Part shown: positions 1 through 13,262 of the stretch, one piece after another | Layout of the letters: each line of letters starts with the position of its first letter | Numbering within the stretch: the first letter of the stretch is position 1 | NCBI GenBank assembly: GCA_030390025.1 | Contig: CM059438.1 | Location: 31,372,001-31,436,000 of the forward strand | Length of the DNA stretch: 64,000 nucleotides | Direction: 5' to 3' | Origin: Squalus acanthias | Taxonomy: Eukaryota | Made by a program: the position numbers and the translations under genes | The notes under the pieces: generated by a model | What the model was told of the DNA's origin: nothing | The model's input: only the letters and a program-made list of their open reading frames with translations | Database searches by the model: none

Positions 1-92
1 TGCCAAACAGTTTTTCAGGAAGTCAGTGCCCCTTTAATTGGATTTGATTTTTAACATACAATCAGTAAATTGCCAATTGAAAGATTACGAGG

Positions 93-255
93 GGCGGAAG
101 GTTCAACTTCAGCAGGGCTGTTAAACGGGTGGTATCGGATCGGCTGCCCATCATACACCCCTCTCATTGAACAGAAAGGGAAATCGGGCAGGGGGTGTAA
201 CGGGCCGACCCGCTACCGCCCATTTAACGCCTCCGCCGTAGTTGAAAGTTCCGCC
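93..255. mobile_element. Short palindromic MITE (~165 bp)
   Basis: Terminal GGCGGAAGGTTCAAC vs GTTGAAAGTTCCGCC (13/15 inverted match). Internal arms gttaaacgggtggtatcggatcggc / gccgacccgctaccgcccatttaac are also near-complementary. Confidence 0.75.
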
Positions 256-1264
256 TAAGGTCTCAAAGCTATGTTGGCAAACCCTGTCTCCTAAGTGGCA
301 GAACACTCTGGTATTATCAATGAGTAAAACCCAAGTAATGTTTCAAGCAGCAATAAGTGCAGGTTACTCTGTTAATCTGCAATTTATGCCTGGCAAACAA
401 TTATACGGCATTATTTCTTCTTGTGGAAGTGAACCAGTATAGAGGTGAATTCTGTTGGAAAATATTCAAATTTAACAAAGCAAAAATGGCTACAAGCATA
501 AAGTAACTATGAGTAATGGACTGTATTAAAATTAATAGCATTGGATACATTAAAACCTGGATGTTTGGCCAGAGCTACTTTTTGCTAAGCATAACTTAAA
601 TAGGCTCAGCAATAAAATAGCTATCTTATATCCATCAGACTACAATCTACTAAAGGTTTTCTTTGCAGAGCTTTAGATGGTCCAAGTCCAATAAAGGCTT
701 GTTAAGATAAAAGCTTGTTAAGATCAACTTTCTTTATGCTATATGTTAATATGTTCTAAATTATTTCTCCCCTTTTCCATATCCACCCTATCCTTTTTGC
801 TTTAGAGATTATAGAGTAGAAATTACTGTTGACATGTTATTGTACAAACATTTAATACACTTGTACTAACCTTTTCTTTCTGCTATTTTAATTGAGGTGT
901 TTACCTGCTTAAAATAATTGGGTTAATGCCTCTATTAAAGCAACGAAGAGAGCAATTTGATACAAGCATGTTGAGCATTTGTACAATAACATCACCAATA
1001 GTTTCCTTCTACCTTAGTGTCTCTCTCTCTATAGAATGTGCTGAAAGCATGTGATTTGCTTTTGAATTAAAACTCCGAGGATAGTGAAGCAGGTTGACAC
1101 TGTGTATGCCTACTCTTGGTTCTCTGCACACTGTGAAGTGTATGAGACCACAAGTATTTGTCGTATAACTCCCTCTTACATCAGAACCAGTCAGTTTTCT
1201 TCTTCCAGTTGCTTCTATTCACTTCAGGATTTTTGCAAGTCATACTTCTTCACTTAGCTTCTCA

Positions 1265-1955
1265 GGCCTCGATATTAACTGCACCATGATGGACGGACGG
1301 GGGTTAAACCCTAAAAAATGCAAAATGCGTCCCCAACCCAGTGCGTATGCGCCTGCCGCCATTTTTACGGCGGCAGGTAGCGAGGCCTACAAGTGTCCCG
1401 TCTTGGAGAGGCCGAACATTTAATTAACATATTTAAATCAGGCTCCCACTATGCATTGGGAGCCTGACTTAAATTTAACTGCTGCCGGCCAGGTTTCCCC
1501 AGGCTCAGGAAACCTGGCAGTGAACTGCAGGCGAAAGCTGCCAACTCCAGAAGGTAAGTGGTTTTCATAGCGCTCCTTGTAGGCCAGGAGGAGCAGGGGT
1601 GCTCTCAAAGAAGCCTTCGGCCTCCCTTCGGCCGATCGTGGCCTCTCTCTCGCCCCACCCCCCGCGACCACCGCCCCCCCCTCTGCCTCGCCAAGCCCCG
1701 ATCTGCAGCCCGCTATCCCTTATCGATTGCCGGGGGGCCGTTCTCAAGGGTACGCAGCTGTGGCCTCCTGCTGCTGGTTTTCCCGTATGGCAACCAGCTA
1801 GCCTGTCAATTTAGCTGGTTGCCGGGTGGGAAATGGTATAAAAAAATGATAATGAGGCCCTGCCGTTAAATTTGGCAAGACCTCCATGTCCCCAGCCTCG
1901 GCACATTCTTTGACCACTTTTGGCCTCCCCCGCCTCCTCATAACTATCTGGGGCC
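1265..1955. mobile_element. Non-autonomous DNA transposon (Harbinger-type MITE), 3-bp TSD TCA
   Basis: tca|GGCCTCGATATT ... ACTATCTGGGGCC|tca. GC-rich island in AT-rich intron; shares its core with 2873, 12507 and 28405. Confidence 0.8.
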
Positions 1956-2872
1956 TCAGAGTTTGATGCACTGATGCCATGCAAATACTTGTAGGATTCC
2001 TGTGTGTTCAATTCAGTTTGTGTATCCAAAATATCTCAGTTTATTTCTCTTTATTTTCTGCAATGAGGCAGATTTCCTCCCTCCATCTTATTTCCACATT
2101 GGACAGCCTTGACTCTGCACTGATCACTGTCCTCTCGTGATTAATCTGCAGCGCTCAATTTCAAACAGGTCAATCATTGTCTAAGGGACCTATCTTAGTC
2201 CCCGAGTTCCAGTATCGGAGAAATTTGAATTACGTTACTAGTGTAAAAACATAATCAAGTCCTCAAACTGATGTTTGACCGTTTTAGTGCTTCATCAGGG
2301 TTGTCACTAGGATTTTGGTAAAGTGTAACGAGTGGACATCACCCCCCTGGCAGGAGTTGCAGTGGCATAACTTGCTTGGTTTTGCTTTTACTTTTTTCTC
2401 TCACGTTTTTATTTATTTTTTTCTTTCTTGATTTTGTTTATCTTATCTGGCCGTCTCTCCTGCTCCCACTATAAGCTGCAAAAGACTCCATTTCATAGTC
2501 ATAGCAACAGAGATTACCCAAACTACTTGGCAAGAGTGAAACTGTTCTACCGATAGTGATTATAGAACACTTTTACTGCTGCTGAGCGGGATGGGTAAGC
2601 TTTGGCTCCATTTGTATGAAACTGACTCTCAACTTGTAGCAGCGATTGAACTACTATACCACTGTTAAAGCATAGCAAGCCATGTGCAATGCTGGGCCCA
2701 ATACCGTCACTGAACCTAGTAACAACTATACTTCTGTATTTAACTAAAAACATTAATTGGGGCAAGTGATTAGTTATCACTCGCATCCACTCTGAAACCA
2801 GCTTTCTTACTGTTTCTGGGACTTCTTCTACAAAATGGCAGTACTTGGGCATCAAATCATGCTACACACCAT

Positions 2873-3125
2873 GGGGTGAATTTTAACCCCAAAAAACAGC
2901 TGGGTTGGGGTCGGCTGAGATGTTAAAATTTTAAAAAAATCTCTAACGCCGCCTCTAACCCATACACTTCTGGGTTTAATGGAGACGGGACAGGGGGCGG
3001 GCGGCCAACCCACTTCCAGGAGGCAGGTTGGCAATTTAAATATTTGAATGAGGCTGGTAGCCTCAGATTTAACCTGCTTTGCAGGTTTAACCCTGGCCAG
3101 CTGGGTTTCCCAGGCATCTCTGCGG
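2873..3125. mobile_element. Truncated MITE, same family as 12507 and 28405
   Basis: Left end GGGGTGAATTTTAACC. Block ccaggaggcaggttggcaatttaaatattt..aatgaggctgg..gcctc..atttaacctgctttgcaggttt is nearly identical to 12652-12722. Right half absent. Confidence 0.75.
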
Positions 3126-3259
3126 CTCACTGAAAGTTTCAGACTGCCAAGATAAGTAAACTTATTGCCACCGGTGGAGTGGGGGGTGGGGGGAATGGGT
3201 GGTGTGGGGGCAGAGAGAAGAGGTAGCAGGCTTTATTGATAAGCCTGCTGGCAAATCAC

Positions 3260-3479
3260 TAACCAATGAAAAACTTCTTTACCCAGATAGTGGTTAGAAT
3301 ATGGAACTTGCTACCACAATTAGTAGTTAAGGCAACTGGCATAAATGCATTTAAGGGGAAGCTAGATAAAAACATGAGGGAGAAAGGAATAGAAGGATAT
3401 GTTAATGAGGTTAGATTAAGAAGGGTGGGAGAAGGCTCTTGTGGAGCATAAACACCTGTTTCTGTGCTGTGAATACTAT
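3260..3479 (+). mobile_element. CR1 LINE 3' end fragment
   Basis: Encodes KNFFTQIVVRIWNLLPQLVV..INAFKGKLDK (CR1 ORF2 C-terminus); highly similar to 23085-23300. Confidence 0.85.
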
Positions 3480-5253
3480 GGCTGAGATTTTCTGGGGGGT
3501 CAGCGGGCACGATCGGTGGCAGGTCGGGTAGGAAAGTGCTTTTTTTCCCCAGTGGGTCGGGACCCTGCTGTGAACCCACCGCCATGCGCCTTTCCCCGAT
3601 GTCAGGGTCTGTCAGCGCTGAGCAGACCCGACACGCAGTGGCGGTGGACCTAATTCAGGTAATTATGACCTTTTTTAGAGATCATTAAGAATACATTTGA
3701 GCTCACCTTTTGAATTTACGTGCTCGCCCACGGGTCCCCGCTGCTTGAGGATCACGTCTGTTAAGCTGAGGCAGGAGTTCAGTGGCCATTGAATCAGCTG
3801 TTGAGTTGACAGCTTCAAATGTACAGTAAAAGCTCCCACCTTACAGAGATATCTTCCCTCAGCCACAAGCTCTTCCTCACTACATTTCCACAACAGAATC
3901 ACCATGCTGCAAGTCTTTACACAAGTCTCCATCCAGTCTGACCTCATTACCTCTCTCACCATTGACAGATCACTTTTGTCATCTCTACTTCACCTGCCAT
4001 CTATTCCATCAGTATGGGTGCCCTTTATGCACTCTCACCTTGGTCCTCAGAATCCCACCACGATCAGCCCCAACACCAGCAGCACCAGGCACACCATCAG
4101 CACCAACAACAACACCACCAACCTTCTCCGCAATCAACTGATGCTGCACAGGACACAGGGCATCAGCACCCGACCACATTGCTGCCTGGGAGGCCAGTGA
4201 TGGCCTCAACATGGCCAGATTTACTTCACTTGACGCTGTACACCCTGGCTGCTACATGCTGCGCCAGGTTGGCACCACCCCACACCAACAGCATAATGCA
4301 TCCCTACAATGCCCAAGCCATTCCTTTCACACTCATCACCATTGTGGGGGGTACCATTATGTCTCACCATTCACTGCAACTCACTAAGCCACTTCCAAAG
4401 GTGCACAGAAATCTGTCCAGGAATGCAAAGTGTTGAAAATAAAGATTTCAATGTTTGACACCACATTAACAGAAGCTTTACATGAACATTGCATAAAACA
4501 CCCAAGTGCCTACCTTGTGTGTTGTTAGTTGGTATGATTGGACTAGAATGAGGGTGAGTGTGAGGGGTGGCTAGTGAGATGGGGATGTGATAATATAGAT
4601 AAAGAGGGATGGGTGGAGGTGCAAGGCAAGTTGGTGTGAGTAAGGATATGCAGGAGTAGGGTAGGGAAGGCAGAGTGATGGGGATGTGATGAGAGGCACA
4701 GCAGGATGAGGTTGAGTTTGGCTTTGTACTAACGTTTCGTGATCTACTGAGATCATTGAAACATTTACGGCACTGCACCCAGGTCCTCCTGACCACATCC
4801 CTGCTTGTGCCCTCCTGTGCAATGTGCAACCAGGCTGTGTTTACCTCCTGGGGAGGTCTCTTCCGCCCATGGGATGGGAAGAGGACCTCCGTGCATGCAG
4901 TGACTCCCTCCATAAGCATATGGAGGGAGTCATGGGAGAGCCTGGGTGCAGCTCTGCACCTCTGTACAGTGATTGTCAGTGTTTGCCGCACCTCACTGCT
5001 GTAGAACACTGACATCACAAATCTCAAAATAAATTTGGCCATGGTCCCTTTAAGGAAACCGGCTGATGATGTGTAATCAAATGACATCACCATACCCGCT
5101 TCCTCTAATTGGCCAGGAAACTCGCTGAGCGGGCTTAACAAGCCCCATCAAGGTAAATTCATTTCAGAGGCCGGGATGGAGCTAGCAGCGGGCTCAGGAC
5201 CCGCCACCGACGTCGCCCGCCACGGACCCGCTGATGTCAGCAAAATCGCGGCC
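3480..5253. mobile_element. Internally deleted Harbinger element retaining the transposase 5' end (+) and the Myb/SANT exon 1 (-)
   Basis: TIRs GGCTGAGATTTT / AAAATCGCGGCC (10/12), both followed by TCAGCGGG; flanks tat/gat. ATGGGTGC start at ~4013, as in the 40375 transposase. Minus strand encodes AAPRLSHDSLHMLMEGV..LFP..GRKRPP..AW..IAQE..RRTWVQCRKCFNDL. Confidence 0.85.
4733..4970 (-). pseudogene. Myb/SANT-like DNA-binding domain exon of the Harbinger partner gene
   Basis: Open frame within ORF 4371-5141 with the diagnostic W...R-T-W-x-Q-C-R-K-x-F-N-D-L pattern; ends at a gttagt donor-like site. Confidence 0.8.
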
Positions 5254-6619
5254 GATATAACTATGAAGTTAGCATCATAAAACCCACCACTGGCTGGAAA
5301 CACACTGAGAAAAGAGACCTTGGCCCATGAGCAGTAAACTTTTAAACAATAGTCTGCAAGGTGTAGGCCTGAGGTCCAAATTTAGAAGCTAAAAATGCCG
5401 GAGGTCAGTTTTTGTAGTTAGAAGTTGTCTAGAAAGAAAAGCAATAATGAAAACAAGTAACTCAGCCCACAAAAAGGACAGGATTCATGCTTTAATAACT
5501 TTTCCCATTTTTCTCAGAGTGAAGTCAATTGGAATTTGCGTTGGCTTTTTCTCTGCACAGTCACGCTGTCTGTAAAATAAATGATGTGTATCAGGTCTCA
5601 TCTCACTAAGTGTTTCTCAGTCCACCTTCGGAAAGATTGAAGAAACGCATGTGAGGACACGTGCAAAAGACACACTCTCCAGTTCATATAACGAGAAGTT
5701 CCTATTGTTACACGCAGGGTTATGCTATCAGATAATCAGATATTGGACAGTATGGGCACACACCTGAACTTACGATGCTTGGGACACTTACAGGAGTGGC
5801 CAGCACTGCTGTACCTGAGAGAATATCTAAGGTAGTCCTAAAACTTGTAACAATGACAAAAGGACTGAATAACTGGTTAGTATAATTTTTTTCACTCAAT
5901 ACTCAAGTTGGCGAGTTGTTACTTTTCTGCCTTTTCCATAGAAAAAGGCCCTTGTTTCATTCAAATAATTGTTTAAAATAAAACAATTCCCAGACATCAT
6001 GAATTGCCTGCTTATGAATGAAAATTGAAATGGTACTAGGTTTAGTAAAGGATTCCTGGTTGTATTCGAAATACTGACACAAAAATGCCTCCATCTTCTC
6101 TCTGATATTTGCAACAACAATGACTACCCAATCTCCAGGAATGTAACATAGGGGAACATCTACCGTATGATGGCTGCATTGGATATGATTTCATGACCTT
6201 TAGCCATATCAGTAAGTGGCGGTTCCAAAGCCTGAATAGAATTTATCAGTGAAGATTACCACTCTTTCTCAGCATCAGATATATTTCAACAGTTTTTATT
6301 CTTGTTGAGAATATTGCCCCCACATTAGCCACTTTATTAACAGACACATTTTGGCTACAGGTTTCTTTCAACCATAAGAGAAATGTTCCTCTTGTGTCAT
6401 GGGCAACAGGCTGAACATTGTCATAATTTCTGATTACCGAAATCAGAATCAATTCCTGGTACTTCTAATAACCTTAAAGTTATTGCCATAAATCTAACAG
6501 AAATCAAAAAATGAATAAACTCTAATAATAGGCTGAAACAACGTTTCAGACAGCTAAACTGATTGCATTGCTCTTTTTCTCCCAGTGCTGTAGTACTCCA
6601 CTGGCTTCTGTAGATCAAC

Positions 6620-7480
6620 ATTCACAGAATTTACAATCCAGAAGAGGCCATTTGGCCCTTTGTGCCAAAGCTACTTCTTCAACTGGAGCTATCTAATCTA
6701 ATCTCATTCTGTACCCTTTCCATATATCCTTTCATATTCTTCCTTTTCAAATACTTATTCTATGATTTATCCTATTCCATTTAAATTATCCTTTTCTCCC
6801 GAACTCAATGGACACTTGTGGTAAAGTATTCCATGTCCAAATGACTTTCTATGTAATAACATTTCTTACAACTTCCCCCTTCATTCAAGTGATAATCCTC
6901 AGTCTATATGCCCCCCCAAAAAAAATGTCATTCATTATTTACTTTCTCAGAACATTTTGAAAGCCTCCTTAGCCTTCTCTGTTTCAATGAGAACACCCAC
7001 ATTTTTTAGCCTTTCTTTATAACTGTAACCTTCCATTCCTGGCATCGTTCTATTGAACCTTTATGTACCTTTTTATGGCTTTAGAGGATTGATTCTGCAC
7101 TCCCTTGCTTCTAATGGGGAGAGGACATGCATGGCGGGCAATTGCTGGGGCAGAGCCTTGCGCTCCCTGCCAACACTGCCCCCTGCTGGAAGTGCCGGAG
7201 CGAGGAATCCGCCCTTCATATCCTTTCTATAATAGAATTCCCAGAACTCCATGCAACACTCCAATTCTAGCCGAACTAGTTTCTTGTACAAATTCAACAT
7301 CACTTTCTTGCTTTTCTATTTAATACTCCTCCATATAAAACCCAGAATCCTATTTGCCTTTTTGTGTCCTTTTCTATCTGAACTCGCACCTTTAAAGATC
7401 TATTTATCTAGACCCATGGATCTCTATATTAAGATGTACTTCCATACTTCCTTTTTCCAAAATATACTACTTTGGTTCCT
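6620..7480 (-). mobile_element. Old CR1 LINE 3' fragment, interrupted by a ~140-bp GC-rich insert (~7080-7215)
   Basis: Minus strand reads MLNLYKKLVRLELECCMEFW..YYRKD (CR1 LYKxLVRPHLEYCxQFWSPxYRKD). The 3' UTR-like end gaggccatttggccc is at ~6645. Confidence 0.75.
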
Positions 7481-8277
7481 ATGAACAGCAGGTACAGATT
7501 TTTTTCAACAAAACTTGTTTTTCACCACAATTATGTGAATAAGGAGTTCTATCTTATCTTGGAATTGGTGTTTTGGAGTTAACTATTGAAAATTACTTCT
7601 ATGTGAACCTACCCCTTAAGTGAAATTTAAAAAAAAATTGTTAATTTTAAGAAGTTACTGAACCATTAGTTTTTCCACAACTGTTATTCACACTATTAAT
7701 ATTTATTTAATATTGGAATGATGCAGAGCAGAATGATAATTATACACATAACATCAAAACTATTCGCCGAATGTAATTCTTATCATTTCTTTCCAGCTTT
7801 TATTCAGCAGTAGGTGTTGGATTATCAGGATTGTCAAGTCATTGAACATAGTGCAGGCTATGCTTCAGCCAGTAGGGTGCTTGATTAGTATCTCATTTGC
7901 ATCTTATTCTCAGTCGTTGTGTTTGGCCTGGATTTGAGTCACATGAAATCTGATACGCCAATTGCATGAAACGTTGCAGCCTAGCTCTGATCCAGTGCTT
8001 TAGCAGATCAGAGAGAGTGTTCACAAACAGGACACAGATGCATAGAATTGTTACAGGCACAAAATCCACAACACAAGCGCAGATCAATTGATGTGATGTG
8101 TAAATGTTAGCAATCTCAATTGATTTATGGATTGAGGATGATCTGAAAAATTGTCACAGCATCCTGATTAATAATACACACACTGAATTTTGTCCATTTT
8201 TATTGTTTCTGGGATGTTGCCTTTTATTTTGCTGCTGATAAATTGTTATGTTTGATGCAAATACCGTACAGACAAAC

Positions 8278-8848
8278 GGGTGGATTTTCACTGGGCGCAG
8301 GCTTTTGGGCACGCAGGAAGGGGGGAGGGCAGGGCGAGCGCGAAATAACTCGCTGGCACAAATTTCAGGCCAGGGTATTTTTACTCTGGGGTCTCATCTA
8401 CACGCCCAAAACAGGTGGAGAGCGGCAGCTAGCCGGTGAGCCAGAGAGGAGCCAGAGACCATCCACCAGCACTACGGGAAAACACGCAGGTAAGTCACTA
8501 AGAGGGTTGTCTCATGGGTGGGGAGGGAGCCTGGGGTAGCAGTGGAGCATATTTTCCTAGTATAACCTGCAGGAGCACTTACTTACCTTGGAGAGCCTCC
8601 ACTGTCTTCAGACCAGGTGTCACTGAGCAGGGCGGCTACGGCGGGGTCAGGACGAGGCTAAAATGCCATTGGGGTCTGATTGGCGATATAGGACTTCGAT
8701 TAGCATTTACACATAAGACCCTGACCTGAGTCTGGGCGCCTCTTCCACCGTTAAGATCGGCAATTGGCGAGAAAGAAAATGGAGCCGCTCCATTTTAACC
8801 ACTCGCCCGCTCTGTACCCGCCAAGTGGAGAAAGTTGAAACTTTCCCC
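8278..8848. mobile_element. GGG-ended MITE
   Basis: GGGTGGATTTTC ... GAAACTTTCCCC degenerate TIRs; GC-rich; internal + donor at 8490 and - donor at 8586. Confidence 0.6.
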
Positions 8849-11800
8849 GCGGTGTAATGAACAGTAATTATGTGTCGGAAAAAAATTGCTGTTGGATATA
8901 GTTAAATATAATTTTTCATGTTTAGTGAGATTATTCATGTATGAAACAAGATATAGAAAACTTTAAGCCAGCTTCTCCTGTAAACACACTGATTAAACAG
9001 CACCACTTGTTGCAATAACCGGAGTAGGCCTGAAAATGTTATGTAGGCCTCAGGATGATGCACGTACACCGTGCAAGTGCAATTAAACATGGGCTTGCAA
9101 CTCTGCTGTCTTGCCTCTGACTGCTGGTGACATTTTCAATGAAGGAAATGAGCTGACCAGATAATCATCTATTTTCCATCAGTGGGAATTTAAAGCCAGT
9201 TTGAAAGACCTTCTCAGTTCTTTTTTAACTTACCAGTTTAAAAAGTCAGCTACGCGCTATCTGCTGTTGATGCGCAGTGGGGCAGGATCATCGCTTCAAG
9301 GTGGTCTTGATACTGATGCGAAACTCTGAAATCACAACGTTCGTCTTTGCTGCTGTGCAGATGACTGCATTGCACTAATGTCAAATGTGCAGCGTAAAAC
9401 TGTGGTGTAAGCCGTACAGAAATCTCCAGTAATCAAAAAAATAACTGAAACAGAGGGACACTCCTCTCAAGTTCCTTGAGAGTAGAAGTAGCAGTATCAG
9501 AACTATGACTTGAAGTATTTCCAAGTGTCTTACCAATATTGTGAAAGAATTGCAAAAGATTAATTGACAGACTAAAAAGCTGTTGGCATTTTTAGATGAC
9601 GATGCTGTCTCCTTTTAACAAATGACTCCCCAGTTAGGACCTCCCACAATGTACTGGGAGGTTTGTTGTATTTTTCACTATTGGGTCAGAAGTTTTATAA
9701 TGTATATCATTAGAATGTGACAACACCAGATCTGGCAAAATCATTTGTCTTTGGGGAAAGTAGATTTTATGTTGTGCTACTATTGTGGGCTTCATTTGCA
9801 CAAATCAATTATTCTGACTGATCATCCAGCCGCGGATCCGGACCTCCATCATGAACGGTGGCAGGGAGGCATAATAGGAAAGCTCTGTAGAGCAGTGAAT
9901 AATGGGAAACTCCTTTCATCAGTGCAGCTAACCTTTTGGCAGCCACCAGCAAACTCTATTCTGATCCACTGATAGAGGGGACAATACACTGGGCTCAGTT
10001 TGAATGAATGCTGCCACCAACAGTGTAGCCATTCAGAAGGTTTTGGGAACCATCTTTGGCCATTGTTTATCATTACTCCTGCCGACAGTAGGAAAGAGAA
10101 AGTGAGAGCATCTATGGTGTAAACCTCTTTTTCAGCCTTAATCTCTCTTAAAAGCTGTGTAGATCTACATTTCCAGCCGAGCTACAGTAGCTATGTGGTG
10201 TCAGATAATCGCACAAGAGAAGTTTCAAGCTGGGCTTTTGAATTACTTATCTGCATGAACTAGGGCAGCTTTAACCCCATTCAGAAAGGAGTGATTGTCT
10301 TTTCTCGAGCCTTTCAACTTGCGTAAAACAGTGTTTTAGCACCAAAGTGCTTCTCGCTAGTAGTGTATATGTAAACAGTTTTGGAAGAGGCAATTTAAGC
10401 AGATCTGTATCCTTTAGTTTAGGGTCTATTATCACAGTTCATGTCACTGTATGGGCAACATCAGAACCTAAAATATTATATTTCTTGCTGTTGAGTTTCT
10501 GCACATTGGCTCAACTGAACCTTTCAAACGTTTTAAAACCGAATTAAAATACATGACTAATGGTACCACTGAAGCAGAGATTATGAACTTGAGAAATGTA
10601 ATTCAGCAGAATAGTGTGCTCTGATTCACCTGTATCTTTGCTCTGTACTTATTCCATCCTGCATCATAATTCTAGTAGCAGTCCGACCCAGGATGCTTGC
10701 TTGCTTCGATGTGCCAACCATTGAAACTTCCTGAAATTGTCCTGTGTATTCAGGTCTGTTTAGCTAGATTTCTAAAAAGTGACAGTACTCTTCTGTTTGC
10801 CTTTTGAATGTTCTCTGGCCGAGTTCAACTGCAACATTTTTACATTACAACTGTGAAATCTTGGCATAAAGCAGCTCTTTGTCCCTGCCATTATTGTCTC
10901 ACAAATATAGTCCATTGTCACATAGCTGAAGTTAATTTGATCAACATTGGGACATTTAACTTTTATGCCTAGTCAAAAGAGTTGTTTCATGCTCATTTTG
11001 CGTATTCTAAAGAAATGATTGCCAGAAAAATAATGTTACCATTAACAATTCAAAGCAATTAGTTTCCCAGGGAGAGGCTATGTGATGCACAGGCTGCACA
11101 CAACAATTCTTTGTCATTTTATGGATGCTCATCAGTCAACTGTCACCACATTTCAAAGACCCTCCAATCTAAATGTTTCCCTTTTGGCTTTTCCCAGAAC
11201 TGGTAGCTGAATAAGGGAAGAAAAGCTACTCAGTTTCTAGGCAAAGACACAGGCAGCCTTAAAGATCCAGCTTTCCACTGGCGTTTTTTGGGTTGGCCAT
11301 CCAGCCTTGCCACATTCCACCCCCACCACCCAGTCGCTTCAGTGGCTTGGAAAAATGAGAACCCCCTGTTTTTATCAGACGTTTATCTGATTGAATTCAA
11401 TAACCAACAAATGGTTAATGGAGAAAATTCTGCAAATCCAGATAAACGTGCAACATGAAAGACTTCTTTATATAAAACAAGACGATACACAATAGGAAGC
11501 AGTGGTGTATGGAAACTATCTTGTTGAATAAGATTGCATTGAGCAGCTGAGTAAACCACAGGCACAAGTGAATGATAAAGTTCACAGTACAAGCAATGTA
11601 TTTCCCTGTGCCAGTGCTGCCATTTCATTTATACTGTTTATCCTTGTAATTGTTTCTTGGGTATCAAGGATGTGTTGCAATACTCATCTGTGAGAGACTT
11701 ATTCCAGATTCACCATTTTGTGGTTAATTGTCTGCCCTTGTTCGGTACTTTATTTTGTGAAGGAAAATAATTAAAAATATCACAATCCAAAATGACCCAT

Positions 11801-11899
11801 TTGCTTGAAATGCTTTGGACAAATTCTGGTCTGGGGAAGTGTGGATCTATAGCGTAATCCCAGGGGGAGGGAACTGATTTGGGCAGAACCTGCTCTATT

Positions 11900-12280
11900 G
11901 GGTTTTCACTCCTCAGAATAAATTGAGATGGGCAGGGGGGTGGAGGTGGACGTTTCTTAGGCCCATCCCTATTACACCGCTGATTGATTTGGGGGCGTGT
12001 CTGGGGGAGTTCCCAGGCTACCCCAGGAGTTCTGCCCAGCTTGAGCGTGTTAGGCCCAACAGGCCCTGTACCTGTTACGAGCAGGCCAAGATTCCATTTA
12101 GGCCTTAAGGCCCCACACAGCTTGAAATGAGCACTAGTCACACAATTACTTCTCCTAAGTAGCTACTCCAGCTTCCTGAGGGAAAGGATAAAAATTCCGT
12201 GCCAAATTTTACTTCGGGCCATTCTCGGCCTTGGGTGCCACTTTCAGAGTGGCAGGGTGCTACTCTGACTTCCATTCCCT
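11900..12280. mobile_element. Degraded GC-rich MITE-like remnant
   Basis: Abrupt GC-rich island with repeated GCTAC/TAGC motifs; termini not resolved. Confidence 0.4.
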
Positions 12281-12506
12281 TAGCATGGTGGGTGCCTCTG
12301 TTGCGTTGCTACAAGCGTGGCCAGCTGTCTCAAATATTTAAATGACTCACTCCCTGAATCAACACCACATTTCTGCCCTCTCAAAAGTATTAGTGGAAAC
12401 TTTTAGCCTAATCTGCTTACTGAGGGCTACTTTGAGTTATTGTGGAATGAAAAGCTGTAAAATATTTTAACATGGATGGCCCAACAGCTATCAGAATCAG
12501 AAGCTA

Positions 12507-13262
12507 GGGGCTGAATTACAGCACAGAAAAATGGGTGGGTTAGTTCGGGTCAGATGTTAAAATTTTAAAAATCCGACCCCAACCTGCCTCCAACCCACCC
12601 ACTTTTGGGTTTTACGGAGGCGGGACAAGGGGCGGGCAGCCAATCCGCTCCCAGGAGGCAGGTTGGCAATTTAAATATTTAATGAGGCTGGCAGCCTCTG
12701 ATTTAACCTGCTTTGCAGGTTTTACAGTAGCCCGCCGGGTTTCCCAGGCATCGGGAAACCCGGCAGCTGAAGTGAGGTGAGGACAGCTTTGGGGAGAAGT
12801 TAAGTGCAGTCGCAGCACTGCATGTGGGCCAGGAGGAGCAGGACTGCATTACATGGCTCGGTTAATGTCATTTTAAGCTCCCCCTGTATCAGACCGCCCC
12901 CCCCCCCCATCATACAAAGGCCCCCGGCATTGGGGATTGCCCCCCACCCCCCACCCCACACCCCACACCAGGGTCAGAATCGGACCTGCCCCCCGCCCCC
13001 GGGGTCATGGATCAGACCTACCTGCTCCTGCGGCCTTCTCCAGAGTGCTCCCCGCCCGACTGGAAGCCAAGCTTGTCAATCAGGCTGACTTCCGGGCGGG
13101 GAACCTGTCAGGGCCAAAAGACGCACGCCGTGGAGTTAAAACCCCGCAGCGTGCGGGGAAACCCAGACTTCCGGTTTTCCCTTTGGAAACTCCGCCTCCC
13201 CCCCCCAGCCTACGTAACTCACTCCTGTTAATACACTCAGCACCTGAGGTAAATCAAAGGCC
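12507..13262. mobile_element. MITE (family of 2873/28405)
   Basis: Left GGGGCTGAATT and shared core with 2873-3125; right end approximate. Confidence 0.7.
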
